Shown: piece by piece, positions 1-19,756 of the stretch
Layout: each line of letters begins with the position of its first letter
How positions within the stretch are numbered: position 1 is the stretch's first letter
DNA from: the human T2T-CHM13v2.0 reference genome, Homo sapiens
Strand: one strand, 5' to 3'
DNA: 64,000 nucleotides
NCBI RefSeq assembly: GCF_009914755.1
Contig: NC_060926.1
Notes under the pieces: generated by a model
What the model saw: only the letters and a program-made list of their open reading frames with translations
Told to the model about the DNA's origin: nothing
Database searches by the model: none
Made by a program: the position numbers and the translations under genes

Positions 1-849
1 AGGGGTAGGGAGGAAGGGAGAAGATTAGGGGAAGTATTAATGCATATTAGGACATGCACTTCCTATCCCAGAGACACATGGGGAGACTCAGCAATTCCAC
101 GGAGCAACAATTGGTTTTTAAACAAATACTCCTATTGAACATTGAATCTTGAATTTTCCACATTAGAATCTAAATCACTCAGCTTGCCACCAATTCCTAT
201 ATCTTAGGGATAGAATAGCAAATTTTTTTCAAGTTGTTTTTAGAGAAACCTTAGATACTCAACTAGGCTGAGAAGACGCAGATTCTCATACCATCTCATA
301 AGCCTAAGAAAGCACTTCCCCAGATACCTGCTGACCAGGCCTTAAAGATAGTCCATGTTCTGAAGCAGAAAATGAAGCACTCAGGAGAAAGTTTTGTTAA
401 ATAGTATCCGTCCTTTTCCTTGATGTTGGTTGCCAGAGCTATCCCTAAGCATGGATGAATTAGGCCTTCATCTGCTCAGCATGGGTGAAGGCTGCCATCA
501 AATATTTGGGACACAAATCACTTCTGGCACTGCCCTGCTTTAAGTTTACCTTTATTTCCACAAATTTTACCTTCAAGTAGTTTAAAGTTATGATCTAATG
601 TTAACAGTGTATCAGCAGCAAACTCTAAAATCTGTACACATATGAAAGGATTTCCAAGCAATTATCAACGAAGTCAATCTAACTTAGCCCAATGAAGTAT
701 TAAAGATATTCTGTGATATTCTTGTATTGAGTGATAACAAACCATACAAATGTATAATATCATGTATAAAATGATTAAGTGGGAATGGGACATATTTTGA
801 GCATTTTGGGGGGCCTGAAAACATATTATTTACTTTGCTTATGTCATTT

Positions 850-1025
850 CATTATATTTTCATATCTACCTTGTAAGGTTGGTGTTAGAACCCTCATTTT
901 GTAGAAAAGAAATCAGGGGCTTACAGAAATTAATAAACTGTCAATATCACAAAACTGGTAGAGATTGACCGAGGATTTAAACCTAAGTCTGTGTCCTATA
1001 AATCATGTATTCTACCTGTCATGCT
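850..1025. mobile_element. MIR SINE fragment
   Basis: Degenerate MIR core: ccctcattttgtagaaaagaaatcagggg...aactgtcaatatcac...ggatttaaacctaagtctg. Confidence 0.55.
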
Positions 1026-1896
1026 GCCTCCTGGAATTAGTAACAAATTTACATATAACCCTAAGCTACATTGCTGGGACAGCAGGGAGAATGAAAATCT
1101 GGAAAGGAGAAACGGAAATACGTGCTCTCAGTCTCTTCTTTTAGAAGAAAGTGTTACGTTTGTAGCAATTTATAAGCTTCTCTTCCCTAGGAGTTTTCTT
1201 TCTGGAATTTGAGGCACAGTATCCCCCACAAACAGACTCAGTGAAATGCATCCACTCCCCTTCCATTTTCTCTTAAAGAAGAGTGGCACCAGCCGAAGGG
1301 CTTCAACCTAGTACAAACAATAATGGCCTGACAGCTGCCAGATACAATCATTTCTGTTAATCAGAAAACACTTGCTAGAGAGTTAAAGAGAAGGGCTGTA
1401 AGAGCTGTGCATGGGAAAACATACACCATCAAACATCAGTGAAATCTTCCTCTGGCATGGACTATCCTTGCCATTCATTTATAAGACAGAGTCGTAATAA
1501 ATAGGAAGAGAAAGAAGTCTAATTTCTGAGAATAAAAAGCCAAAACTTGTAAGAGATGTATTAGTGGAAAGTAAGTATAGTTAATAATTGACTGATAGGG
1601 AAGGAGAGTAGGAAAATGTCAATCAGCTGGAAGTGCTTAAAGAGCACAATATTTGCAATATGTAGGCATTTGATCAACCATAAATGTAATAATTCCTGTT
1701 ATTATTTTTGGACACTTTACATACAGAGGTGGGTGAATTAGCCCACAGAAAGCTGGTTTTGCACTGATAAATCCTGGAGAGAAAACCTCTCCTGTGCATA
1801 AGACATATAGAGGAAAATAGCATTTTCTCTGAATTAGACATCAAAGGAAACAGGTTATTTTCTAAAATCCATTAATTTGAAATGTATATACCTTAA

Positions 1897-2254
<358 letters not shown>

Positions 2255-4744
2255 TAGCACTTTTTCATTAGCAATTCAGGTCAAAGGTTAAAGTTGCTTT
2301 CATAGTAAAATCTGTAAGATGAGAGAAATTATTAAGCTCAGAGGCATTTTGCACAGAAATTTTTTAAAATTAAAAAAACTTAATGGATTAAGGATGTAAG
2401 CACAGAAAAGTTTAATGACTTAGATTTTGTTTGTCGGAAAGGAAATATGGCCTGGCACCTCCTTTGCAAGGTTCAGTGTCTCAAGGAGGAAAAGTGGGTA
2501 ACAAAGACTCTAAACTAGACAGGCATGTTGATGGGAGGTTTTGATGTTGTTGAATGGAATGTAGATAAGGTACTATGGAAATGGCTACACTTACTGGGGG
2601 AAAATGCAGAAGAGGTGGCTTTTTGCGTTCCTTCTATACTTTCACGTCTTTTTCCTTCCAATCTCAGTTGCTTTTCTCAACTAAGTCCCTTCCCCATCAC
2701 CCTTTTCCACTGGTGAGTTTTAACTTATCTTTTGCTTTGTTTTCTTGAAAAATGAAGACAGTTTGACAGCTAACCTGTCTTTCCAGGGCTTATCTCCAAG
2801 TTCAAACCACTTTGAGTTTGCCCTTCATTGTTTAATACAATGGTTACATAAAAAAGAAATGTTTCCTAATATCTGGCATTTATCTCTTCTTCACTAGAGA
2901 AATACTGCAGTATGGACTTAATATTTTTTAACATGCCAGCAACTTGCAAGAACTCCAAGTTATCTTAATACGGGTACATAGGTTGTCAGCAAACTTTCAT
3001 ATTTATTTTTTATTTTATCATAGGTGTGAATGTGTTATATTCATTATATTGACTTTTGGGGTTGATTTCTTTTAGGTGAATATTCTCAGGAGTTCATTAA
3101 ATTATTGACTGCTCTTAGTCTTTCTATTCATCTCCCCTAACCTGACATAATCATTGCTAGAGGGCATTTTGGCAAACAGAACTGTGTTACCCTAGATAAG
3201 TATGCCACTGTAAGCATGCAGCATAAAAGAGCTAGGAATGGCATGCTTCATCAACAGTAGCAGTTGAATTCTCCTTGATGATGTAGATAATAGAATAAGC
3301 CTTAGTTTGGTGACAATAGGTAGGCATAGTAACTATGCGCTTGCTTGGTAAAAATGACAGGAAAATGAGAGTTTTGATATATTCTGATGGGAAAGCTGCA
3401 ATATGCTTCCTAATTGTGCAAATTGAATCCCTTTTTTATATGTTCCCAAGACTGCAATCTTTCTTTTTTGACTTTTTAAGGTAAAGGACAATTACAAAAG
3501 GGCCATGCAAGCAAAAATACTTTAAAAATGTTTTAAAGGATGGACAATAAAGGTCAACAAATATTTTTAATAAAAGATTATTTTTTCCCTGATACCGTAT
3601 ATTCCACAGAACATATTTAGTCAAACAATGAAACTCCTGAACAAAATTCTTATGTAGAAATTTATGCAATTTAATACTTAGTACATAATTCCAACTGCAT
3701 TAATATTTTTAGAGATTATAATGTACTGGAAAAAGAGATACTCACCTTCCTCAAATCTACAGGTTTAGAGTCAAAAGTCACCAACCTTTTGATAGAAACT
3801 AGTACATTCTCATTGAGGCTTTGGAGCAATAGAGAGATATATGGAAAGGAATGGAGGAATATATGGGGGAGAATGGAGGTTTACATAGGGAGCACAAGGC
3901 AAGTACACAACACCTTCACCTCACTAGGAAAGCCACGAGCCAGGCTGCAGTGATCAAATTATTTGCAATCCCTGTTTCACAGTGGTTTATACCCTACTCT
4001 CAGGGCTCTCATGATGCAGGAGCTCTACAAAGGGTTGATTGTAATATTTCCATTCTGATCACCGGTATGGTAAGGCTAAGTACAGGATCACATAGGATGG
4101 GGCCCCTAACTCTGACTCAGTTGAGAAGCTCTTTATCTTCTATACAAATTCATTTTCTGTAGGACACATCAGTAGAAAATCCTCAGCATTTGCCCCTTTC
4201 TATTGACTCCAAGAATTAGGTTACTGTTTAGACCTTGTATTTAAAACTTAATTCTTAAATCTGAGGAGCAGCCTAAAGAAAGGGAGCATGGGCAAAAGAA
4301 TATTCCCAATTTTGCACGTTATTTTGTATTTGGTGAGGAATCAGGTGTGTCACCTACTTGCAGTTACAGAGTTGGAGATACTGTAAGGACACTTGCATTT
4401 GAGTGAAATCAAAAGTTGTCCAGACATAAGCTATTCTTCTTTACCCATGTAGCAGTGCCCTGAACACTTCCACCACTGTACTTTCTGTGTGTTCTCTTGT
4501 TGCCTTTCCTTGGCATTGCTGTAAGAAGTGGTAAAATATTCACTACATTTAGGTTACAGAAGTCTACACCCAGAGGATAAAAACGACTTCTTTAAGGTCA
4601 ATGACTAGTTCGTAGCCAAGTCATTCCTTCCCAAGCATCCCTCCCTTCAGAAGATAACCTGGGTTTTTGACAAAATATTCAATTTTCTAGAAATTTCTTT
4701 ATTGAACCAATAGTCCTGAATTGTGTAATTATGTATTTGAATAG

Positions 4745-5069
<325 letters not shown>

Positions 5070-6249
5070 TGGAATCAATTTTTAATGCTCAATGCCTGAT
5101 TAATATCTCTAGATAGTACATGGTTAGGTACAGAACAAAATGTGAGAGGAAAATTACATGTATTTTTAATTTCTAGTGTTATAAGTAAAATAAGGGTGAA
5201 GACTAAGAACTTTAATTGTGTATGCTCCTTCCAAAGTCTCTTTCAAAATACCATCAGCAAATTATAGTTAGATTGATTGAGAAAGCACGATCACTGAATC
5301 TTTCAGTTAACTAACGGGAAAAGACAGTAAAAGCTATAGTTCTTCTATTAATAACAAAAAGTACTGTACTTTTTGTCACGTTTCTTCCCTTGTAAAATAA
5401 TTGCTTATTGCTTTTTTCCTTTAATGTAAATTAAATTTTTCTTGAATTTTTCTCTATTTTTAGTTCCCTAATTTAACTAATTATACCCTCTTTGCCTTAG
5501 ACATTTTCAGTTCTCTAAAAGGCTTGGCTATTGGTTACTAGAAGGGGATTTTTAATCTATCTGATGGCGTAGCACATTCTCAAAAGTAATGAAAGCAAAA
5601 AATTATTTTTCCAAAGAAATGCAAAATGACAGTGGCTTAAAATGAAAAAAACTTAAACTCATGTTTTTCATGTTTCTAAAGACTCTTTAATCTGTTGTCA
5701 AAACCCAACTACAGCACATGGAGAAATAAGAAAGGATTATTTCACAGGCAATTTGAATTGTTTTTTATTCATAGTAATAAAAATTTTCATTATAGTAAAT
5801 GAAATTCAAAAGGGCTAAAATATATTAATTTTTCAGTTTATCCTTTTAGTTGGACATAGTATACAACAAAGCATATTTTAATTTTTATCACAAAAATAAA
5901 ATAATGATTAATCAATAAGCAGAGGTGGGACAAAAGAGATTTCTGTTCAACAAAGGGAATTGAAATTATTTGCGTCATAAATATTCACAGTTTTATTTTT
6001 AAATTTGGTGAACTTGCAAATAATTTACAACTGGGAATGGGCGATGAAAAGAATCCAAAGCTATGCCGCTCCTTTTACAACGTTTTAGTAATATATTTCA
6101 TAATTTCATGGTGCTTATTTCCACTGAGGCACACAGAGCCATTTAAATTTATTTTAACAATGTTTTCAGCCTTAAATTCTGTTTCTGGACAAACTTTAGA
6201 ACTTTTTTATGTAATATGTTTTTATGAGTTTATCTTAAGATTTAAATAA

Positions 6250-6554
<305 letters not shown>

Positions 6555-7069
6555 TTAAATAATCTTGCTAAATGATACAATAAAGAAAAAATGATTATAT
6601 ACTATCACAACTAACAGTTCTTGGCCATAATCATTAACTTTTATAAAAAAAGAATTTTAATATTTTACAGAGTAGAATATTTTACAAATTATAGGAGAGA
6701 TCTTTTCAAAATTTTTGAATATGTCAATTTATAGATATCACTACTAATAAACATTGTTAATAAACATTTATAATATGAAATTTACTCTTTCTTCTATTAA
6801 AATATATTTCTTTTCTCTATCAGAACCTTGACTTCATTATATTAAGATAAGCAAAGAGATGTTTAAACATTGTTGGGCAGCAGAGTTTCATAAGCAAGCG
6901 GCTAGTGCAAGCTCAGTGAAAAGGAGCATTTTTATCTTCATTGTTGTTGAAATATGTTATCTTGGAATTGGAAAATGTTTAACTTATCCAGGTAAAAATG
7001 CAGTTATTGCTTTATCTACCTCAGAAACCTCCAGAAAGCAGGAATGAACTGATGTTATTATAGCTGTAA

Positions 7070-7260
7070 AGCACACTGGAAGTTACAAAATGCGTCTCAC
7101 TTGATCTCTTAACTCTGTGGAGACAAAGACCATTTTCTTCATTTTACAGCTGGAAAACCTGAGGCTCAGACAGATACTGTGGAATGAATTGCCAAGTTTC
7201 CACACATAGCCAGTTGTGGCCAGGTATGGTCAGGTCTTCTGCCTCATCATCCAGCACAGT
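7070..7260. mobile_element. MIR SINE fragment
   Basis: cattttacagctggaaaacctgaggctcagac...ttgccaagtttccacacatagccagt MIR core. Confidence 0.6.
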
Positions 7261-10097
7261 TTATCCTGAGGAAGATAAACTGGGTCAACGAGACAAAGTA
7301 TGCAAGGTTTTTTTATTGACTATTAATAAAAATTCCCAACTCCTACTGTGCCTCCACCTTTAAAATGCCTGGGGACTGAGGTGTAGGCACAGTATACATA
7401 TCAACATGCTTATTTTTTCATCTATTATGTGGCAGTACATGAGAAACTGCACAAATATTTTACTTGTCACACTCCCACAATGATTTTTTTTTTACAGAAA
7501 AGTAATGAGGGCAAGGGGTGTGATAGGATTCCTGAGGTCCCTTACAGCTCTCATTCTGCAATACTGCCATGCTGAGAGTAGAATAAATGCTCACAAAGAG
7601 CACAGCAAATGAATTAAAGCTACTTCAGACAAATGCAAGTTATACTTTGAAAGACAGTAGTCCTGACAGCATCTTATTTCTGACAGCATTCTTGACAGTC
7701 ATTCTGAGACTGACATAATACTTGGAAAAGGAAACATTTGGAATTTGTTTTTCTCTATTAATTATTTTACACTATGAGTTCTGCAGATTTTACGGAGTAT
7801 AACCATAGACATACATTTTAGCTATCTATTCATCAGCTCAAAATCTCCTTCAAATTCCTTTTTCTGCCATCCTGAAACAACTTTGCTTTCCCCAGAGATT
7901 CAGGCAAATGATTGCATAAGGGCAAAAACTAACCAGATGACGTTTTCATTTTAAAGACCCTTTCAAGGTTCATACTATACAAGTTAGAGGGGCAGTGATT
8001 ATCGGATCTGAAGTTTAAAGGAAAGGTTTTAAGAAGAGGCAGGGTCATGGATTATGAAAGAGGAGGTGAAGACATTTCAGATGGGGTGAGAAGGAGATTG
8101 CAAAAGAGAAGTGGAGGCCTGTGTGCAAAAGTGCGCTGGCAAAATTGTGGTGGGGATTAAGGAAAGCTGGCCTGAAGAGATTAGGAAGGAAACAAAATGA
8201 AGTGTGAAAGTTATGAGGTGGGCAGTTAGGAAAAAGTCTTTTGATGTTAGGATGATTTTTTTTTTTTTTTGCAGCCTTTGGGAAGTTAGCATTTCCAGCT
8301 ATGGAACCTTTTAAAAATGGAAGTTGAGATTCTTTATCTTCCATTTAATAGCCTGCTTTCATTGTTGCCCTACAAAAATGGAAAATACAGGGTCCTGGTC
8401 CCATTCCTGGAGCTCAGGCCTACAGTGTAACTAGATGGGCCCTAGCTTTAGCAGGTTTCTTTAAAGGATGTCAGTAGGGTGGAGAATTCAGGTATCTGCT
8501 GACTCCTGCATAAACGTTCTAGCTTAAACTAAATGACCCTTGGTAGTGACATCCAGAGCCCCTTACATGCTGGCCTTGAACCCGTAAGGCTGAAAAATGC
8601 CTTTCAGCTTCCTCCTGTGAATTATCTGAGTGACAAAAATAGGAAAACAGGAGGAACACATCTCTCAGTGCTTTGCATCTTGGATGAGATATGACTTCTT
8701 TGGTCCCAATAAAATAGTGTTTATTAAAATAATGTTTTAATGAAATTACTCAAAATTTTAGCTCACATTATTCATCTTATATTTCCTTTCACCATTTTAT
8801 AGTGCCTCAAATAAAATAATGTAATAAATTGGTGATTAGTCATTAGTGAAATAGTAAAGATTCATGTTCACTAAACAATATTATTATCACATTCATCAAC
8901 ATCATATCTTCAATTGCTACTGACTGTATTAGCAATTTTTAATTTGCACATATTTTGTATATTATAAATGTTATAAAAATGAATTTTTGTCACTAAATTA
9001 GGTAATATAATTTTTCATGCCACAGATCAGTTTATCAGTTTAGTTGAATAAATAATTGTAATGAATTCTACAATGCATTAAAATATTTGATTTTCTTTAA
9101 TCACAACCAGAAGTAAAATTAGGTGGACTAAAGAACTATACATAATTGAGTTTATGGGTTGATGGATAAATAGTTACTTTTAATATAAAGCAATAGAACC
9201 TAAAGGGATATCAAGTAAATGTTCTGTGCTGGAATTTTATAGTTTGATTCTAACATTATTTTGTGACCTTCTGCCTGGATAGAGACAAATAGATCTGTTA
9301 CTGTAACAAATGTTCAATTGAAAACATCTCATGGCTGCTGGAACAAAGTGATTGCTTGGCTGAGCTGCCCTTCCTTCCTCCTTTTATTCCTTTCTCCTTC
9401 CTTAGGCATGTTTCCATTCCATCACATCACCATCGTCAGTGGACAGTCTGCTTCTTGATTATCTTGCTGTAGCCTCTGTAAATACGTGCCCTGCTGCTGT
9501 GATAGAAGAAAATGGCAAACAGGAGTTGGGTGGATATCAGAACACTCCCTGACTTTCAGTAGGAAAAGTGTACCCTTCCCATTCATCTCAAGGCATTCAG
9601 GGCATCTGGCAATCATGTAGTGACATTCTTCTCCCCGGAGAATTACCACATTTTTAGGAAAACACTCAGCCTCTAACTGAATGCACTTCCCTCATAAGGC
9701 TTCTAAACAGTCTTCAAGCTATATTTCTCCTTCCATTCCATAACTCTGAGACAATGTTTGTGTCCATTTTGTTCTCTTATTCCTCTCACCAGCCTTTTGC
9801 TTGCTCTCCACCTTCATGTTTTTTCTCTAATTAAAACCTGAATTCTCTTCATAACATCATTTCACTTTGGACCTTCTTGAATAGGGAGTCTATGGTTTTT
9901 ATTAATTCAGAATGCCAGTAAAAAGAATGCCAGTAATTTCTGCTTCTATCTCAGATGAATAGGTTATCATCTTTGCTCAACAGTATTTTGTTTATTGAAA
10001 TCCAAGAATGATCAAAGCGGGAGTGTCACATAGTGTCTTTGGGAGTCAGACAGATCTTAGGAGTCCTAGATTACTAACTTGATGACCCAAATTTGAA

Positions 10098-10396
<299 letters not shown>

Positions 10397-10609
10397 TGAA
10401 AAAATTTTTGAAGTGTAAATTCTGTTCTCCTCTAAAATGGAAGTACACAATAGTGGCTTCTTTGCTTTTTTGTGAATGTTAAATAGAATGATGTAAGTGA
10501 AATAATTAGCACCATGTATGGCACCTCATAAGAATGCAGTGTTACCACACTTCTCTAATAATGCTACTGTGGATCAATTTTTATTTTTAAAGTGTTGAGG
10601 CTGGTGATG

Positions 10610-10850
10610 TAGTAGTAAGACTATGGGCTTTGAAGGCACATACATCTGAGTTTATGTTCTGCCTTCACCACTGTGTAAATGGGAGATCTTGGATAGTTTA
10701 TTAACCTTGGCATCTCAGTGTGATTATCTATAAATTGAAGTTATGAACACCTACTTAGCATCTCCAGAGTGAGGGTAAAATGTCCTAATAAAGGTATGTG
10801 ACTAGAACAATGGCTGCCATATAGTAATTACTTGGCAAATGACAGGCATG
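10610..10850. mobile_element. MIR SINE
   Basis: gtagtagtaagactatgggctttg...ttcaccactgtgt...catctcagt...tctataaattg... Confidence 0.55.
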
Positions 10851-11171
10851 GCCTAGAAACAGAATACTCTTCCCATTTTTGTTGTTTTGAGACAAACTCA
10901 AAGATGGCCTTGTATATTCCATAACAACTTTAGCATTGGCCTCCTAATTTGTATTTTCCTTTTGTTCTACCATTATTTGAATAACTTCAGAATTACCCTG
11001 ATTTTTTAATATATATCACATTTGGACCACATTATCATTAATAAATGTTCTAAGATCTTAAAATTTGAAATTACTCTTGCTGACCATCATTATTTCTCCT
11101 TACACTCCATCACTTTCCTATTCTTCAAGTTTATCATATCTAAAATATTTTTTGATATAGTCTAGGTGGTT

Positions 11172-11224
11172 ACACAAACACACACAAATGTGCATGTATA
11201 TATATATGTGTGTGTGTGTGTGTG
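11172..11224. repeat. Compound (CA)/(TA)/(TG) microsatellite inside L1M ORF2
   Basis: acacaaacacacacaaatgtgcatgtatatatatatgtgtgtgtgtgtg. Confidence 0.85.
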
Positions 11225-14154
11225 ATCATATTATCTGTAAAGAGAGACAATTTTATTTCCTCTTTTCCGATTTGGGTGCCTTTTTTTTTTTCTCATGTCT
11301 GATTGCTCTGATTGGAAATTCCAGTACTATGTTGAATAAAAGTGGTGACAGTGTGCATCCTTATCTTCTTCCAGCTCTTAAAGGAAAGGCTTTCAGCTTT
11401 TCCCCATTCACTATGTTACCTGTAGGTTTGTCATATATGGCCTTTATTACGTTGAGATATGTTCCTTTAATGCCTGATTTGTTGGTTTTTGTCTTTCATT
11501 CTGTTGATGTGATGCATCATGCTTATTGGTTTATGGATGTTAAACTATCCTTGCATCTCTGGAATAAATCCCACTTGATCATGCTATATTATACTTTTGA
11601 TGTACTGTTGGATTTTGTTTGCTGATATTTTGTTCAGAATTTTTGTGTCTATGTTCATCAGGGATATTGGCCTATAGTCTCCTTTGTTTGTTGCATTCTT
11701 TTCTGGTTTTGGTATCGGGTCCAAATCAATGTTGGCCTCTTCAAATGAGACTGGGAGAATTGCCACCTCTTATGTTTTCTTGAAATAGTTTGAGGAGAAT
11801 TGGTCTTATTTCTTCTTTTTAAGTTTAGTAGAATTTGGCAGTGAAGCCATGTGGTCCTGGAATTTTCTTTGTTGGGAAACGTTTTATTATTGACTTGATC
11901 TTTTACTCATTATTGGTCTGTTCAGGTTTTCAATTTGTTCCTGATTCAATCTTGGTAGGTTGTATGTGTTCAGGAATTCATCCATTTCTTCTAGGTTTTC
12001 CAGTATATTAATGTGTAATTTTTTGTAACAGTCTCTAATCTTTATTATTTCTATGGTATCATTTGTAATGTCTCCTTTTTGTTTCTGATTTTGTTTACTT
12101 GGATCTTCCCTATTTTATTTTTGGTTAGATAAGCTAGCATTCAATCATGTTGTTTATCTTTTCAAAATAACCAACTTTCTGTTTCATTGATCCTTTGTGT
12201 TTTTTGGGGGCTCTTTTTTTGCTTAGGTCTTTATTATTTCTTTTCTTCTACAAATTTGGGGTTTGGTTTGTTCTGGCTTTTTAGTTTCTTGAGTTTCATC
12301 ATTAGATTATTTTAAATCTTTCTACTTTTTTGATGCATGTGTTTATTGCTATAAAATTCTTACCACTGCTTTTGCTCTATCTTACAGGTTTTGGTATTTG
12401 GTGTTTTGATTTTTACTTGTTTCAGAAAAACTTTTTGTTTTCCTGCTTAATTTCTTCCATGACTCATTGATCATTCAGGAGTAGTTGTTTAACTTCTATG
12501 TATTTGTACATTTTCCCCAAAGTCCTCATGTTAATTGATTTCTAGTTTTATTGCATTATGGTCTGAGAAGATATTTGATATAATTTTGAGTTTTAAAAAT
12601 GTGTTGAGACTTGTTTTGTGACCTAACAAATAATCTATCCTGGAGAATGTTTATTGTACTAATGAGGAGACTGTATTCTGTAGCTTTTGGATAAAATGTA
12701 CTGTAAATGTAATATCTGCTAGGTCTATTTAGTCTAAAGTGCAGTTTAAATCTCATGTTTCTTTGTTAATTTCTGTCTTGATAATATTCATAATGTTGAG
12801 AGTGGGGTATTGGAGTCCCAAACAATTATTGTGTTGGAGTCTATCTTTTCCTATAGATCTGATGATATGTGCTTTATGTAGCTCCATGCTCTGGTTTTGG
12901 GTGCATATATGTTTAGAATTGTTATATTCTCTTGCTGAATTGACTCTTATATCACTATATAATGACCTTCTTTTACTCTTACTACTATTTTTGACTTAAA
13001 GACTGTTTTATCCACTGTTAGGTATAGCTACTCTGCTCACTCTTGGTTTTCCTTCATATGGAATATCTCTTTTCACCCCTTTACTTTCAGTCTATATATG
13101 TCTTTACAGGTGAGCTTTATTTTCTTGTAGGCAGCCTCCACAGTTGGGTCATAATTTTTTTAAGCCTTTGGCCAGTCTATATCTTTTAAGTGGAAAGTTT
13201 AGTCCATTTACATTTAATATTATTATTAATATGTAAAGAATTATTCTTGTCATTACAGTAATTGGTTTCTGATTGTTTTGTGTATCATTTATTCCTTTAT
13301 TTCTCTCTTATTGTTTATCATTGTGGTTTGGTGGTTTTCTATAGTGGTAACATTTGAGTTATTTATCTTCCTTATTTATGTGCTTGCTCTACTAGTGGGT
13401 TTTATACTTTCATGTGTTTTCATGATGATAGATATATTTATTTTGCTTCCAGGTGCAGGACTTTCTTAAGCATTTTTTGTAGGGCCAGTCTAGTGATGAA
13501 TTCCCTCAGCTTCTGCTTGTTTAGGAAAGATTTTATTTCCCTTCATTTATGAAGGATAATTTTGCTTGATGTAGTAGCTTTGATTGACAGTTTTTTTTCT
13601 TTCATCACTTTGAATATATCATCCCATTCTCTCCTAGCCTGTAAGGTTTCTGCTGAGAAATTTACTGTTAGTATGATGGTGGTTCCTTCATAAGTGACTA
13701 GATGCTTTTCTCTTGCTGTTGTTAGAATTCTCTCTTTGTCTTTGACTTTTGACAGTTTGTACATTATGTGCCATTTTCGAAATGTGCCATTTTTGAAGTG
13801 TATCTGTTTGGGAATTTCTGAGCTTCCTATATCTGGAAGTTTAAATCTCTTGTTACACTTGGGAAATTTAAGCTATTATTTTGTTAAATAGGTTTTCTAT
13901 TTCTTTTGTTTCCTCTTCATCTTCTGGGATACTGAAAATTCAGATATTTGGTGCTTTAAGATGTCCCCTGTATCACATAGGCTTTGTTTATTCTTTTTTA
14001 TTATCTTCTTAAATGTTTGTATCACTAGAGTACTACAAAAGATCTGTCTGTCTTCAGCTTCTGAAATTCTTTCTTCTGCTTGGTCTAATTTATTGTCAAT
14101 GCTTTTGTCTTTTTGTATTTCAGTCAATAAATTACTCAGTTTTATAATTTCTAT

Positions 14155-19251
<5,097 letters not shown>

Positions 19252-19376
19252 TGCATATAAAAAAGCTCTTTTTTTTTTTTTTAATGATAGCTACTCTTTG
19301 GTAAATTTATCATTCATATCCTGTATTTTTTAAATTATTTATTTGTACAGTTTTACTGTGTTCTCTTGTTTCTCAC

Positions 19377-19756
19377 TGATATGGTTAGGCTTTGTGTCCC
19401 CATCCAAATCTCATCTTGAATTTTAATCCCCCTAATTCCCACGTGTGTCAAGGGAGACGCCAGGTGGAGGTGATTGAATCATGAGGGCGGTTTCCCCAGG
19501 CTGTTCTTATGATAAGGAGTGAGTTCTCACGAGATCTGATGGTTTTATAAGGGGCTCTTCCCCCTTCGCTCAGCACTTCTCCTTCCTGCCTCCTTGTGAA
19601 AAAGGTGCCATGCTTCCCCTTCACCTTCTGCCATGATTGTAAGTTTCCTGAGGCCTCCCTAGCCATGCTGAACTGTGAGTCGATTAAACCTTTTTCCTTT
19701 GTAAATTACCCGGTTTCGGGAAGTTCTTTACAGCAGTGTGAAAGCAGACTAATACA
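19377..19756 (+). mobile_element. THE1 (THE1D-like) MaLR solo LTR
   Basis: TGATATGGTTAGGCTTTGTGTCCCC...CAGACTAATACA termini; 5-bp TSD CTCAC/TTCAC (19372-19376 / 19757-19761). Confidence 0.92.

Noticed and set aside
3735-3755. Minus-strand donor-like AAG/GTGAGT, and isolated acceptor-like sites such as ~38857
   Set aside because: No partner splice site or recognisable coding frame; such motifs are common by chance.
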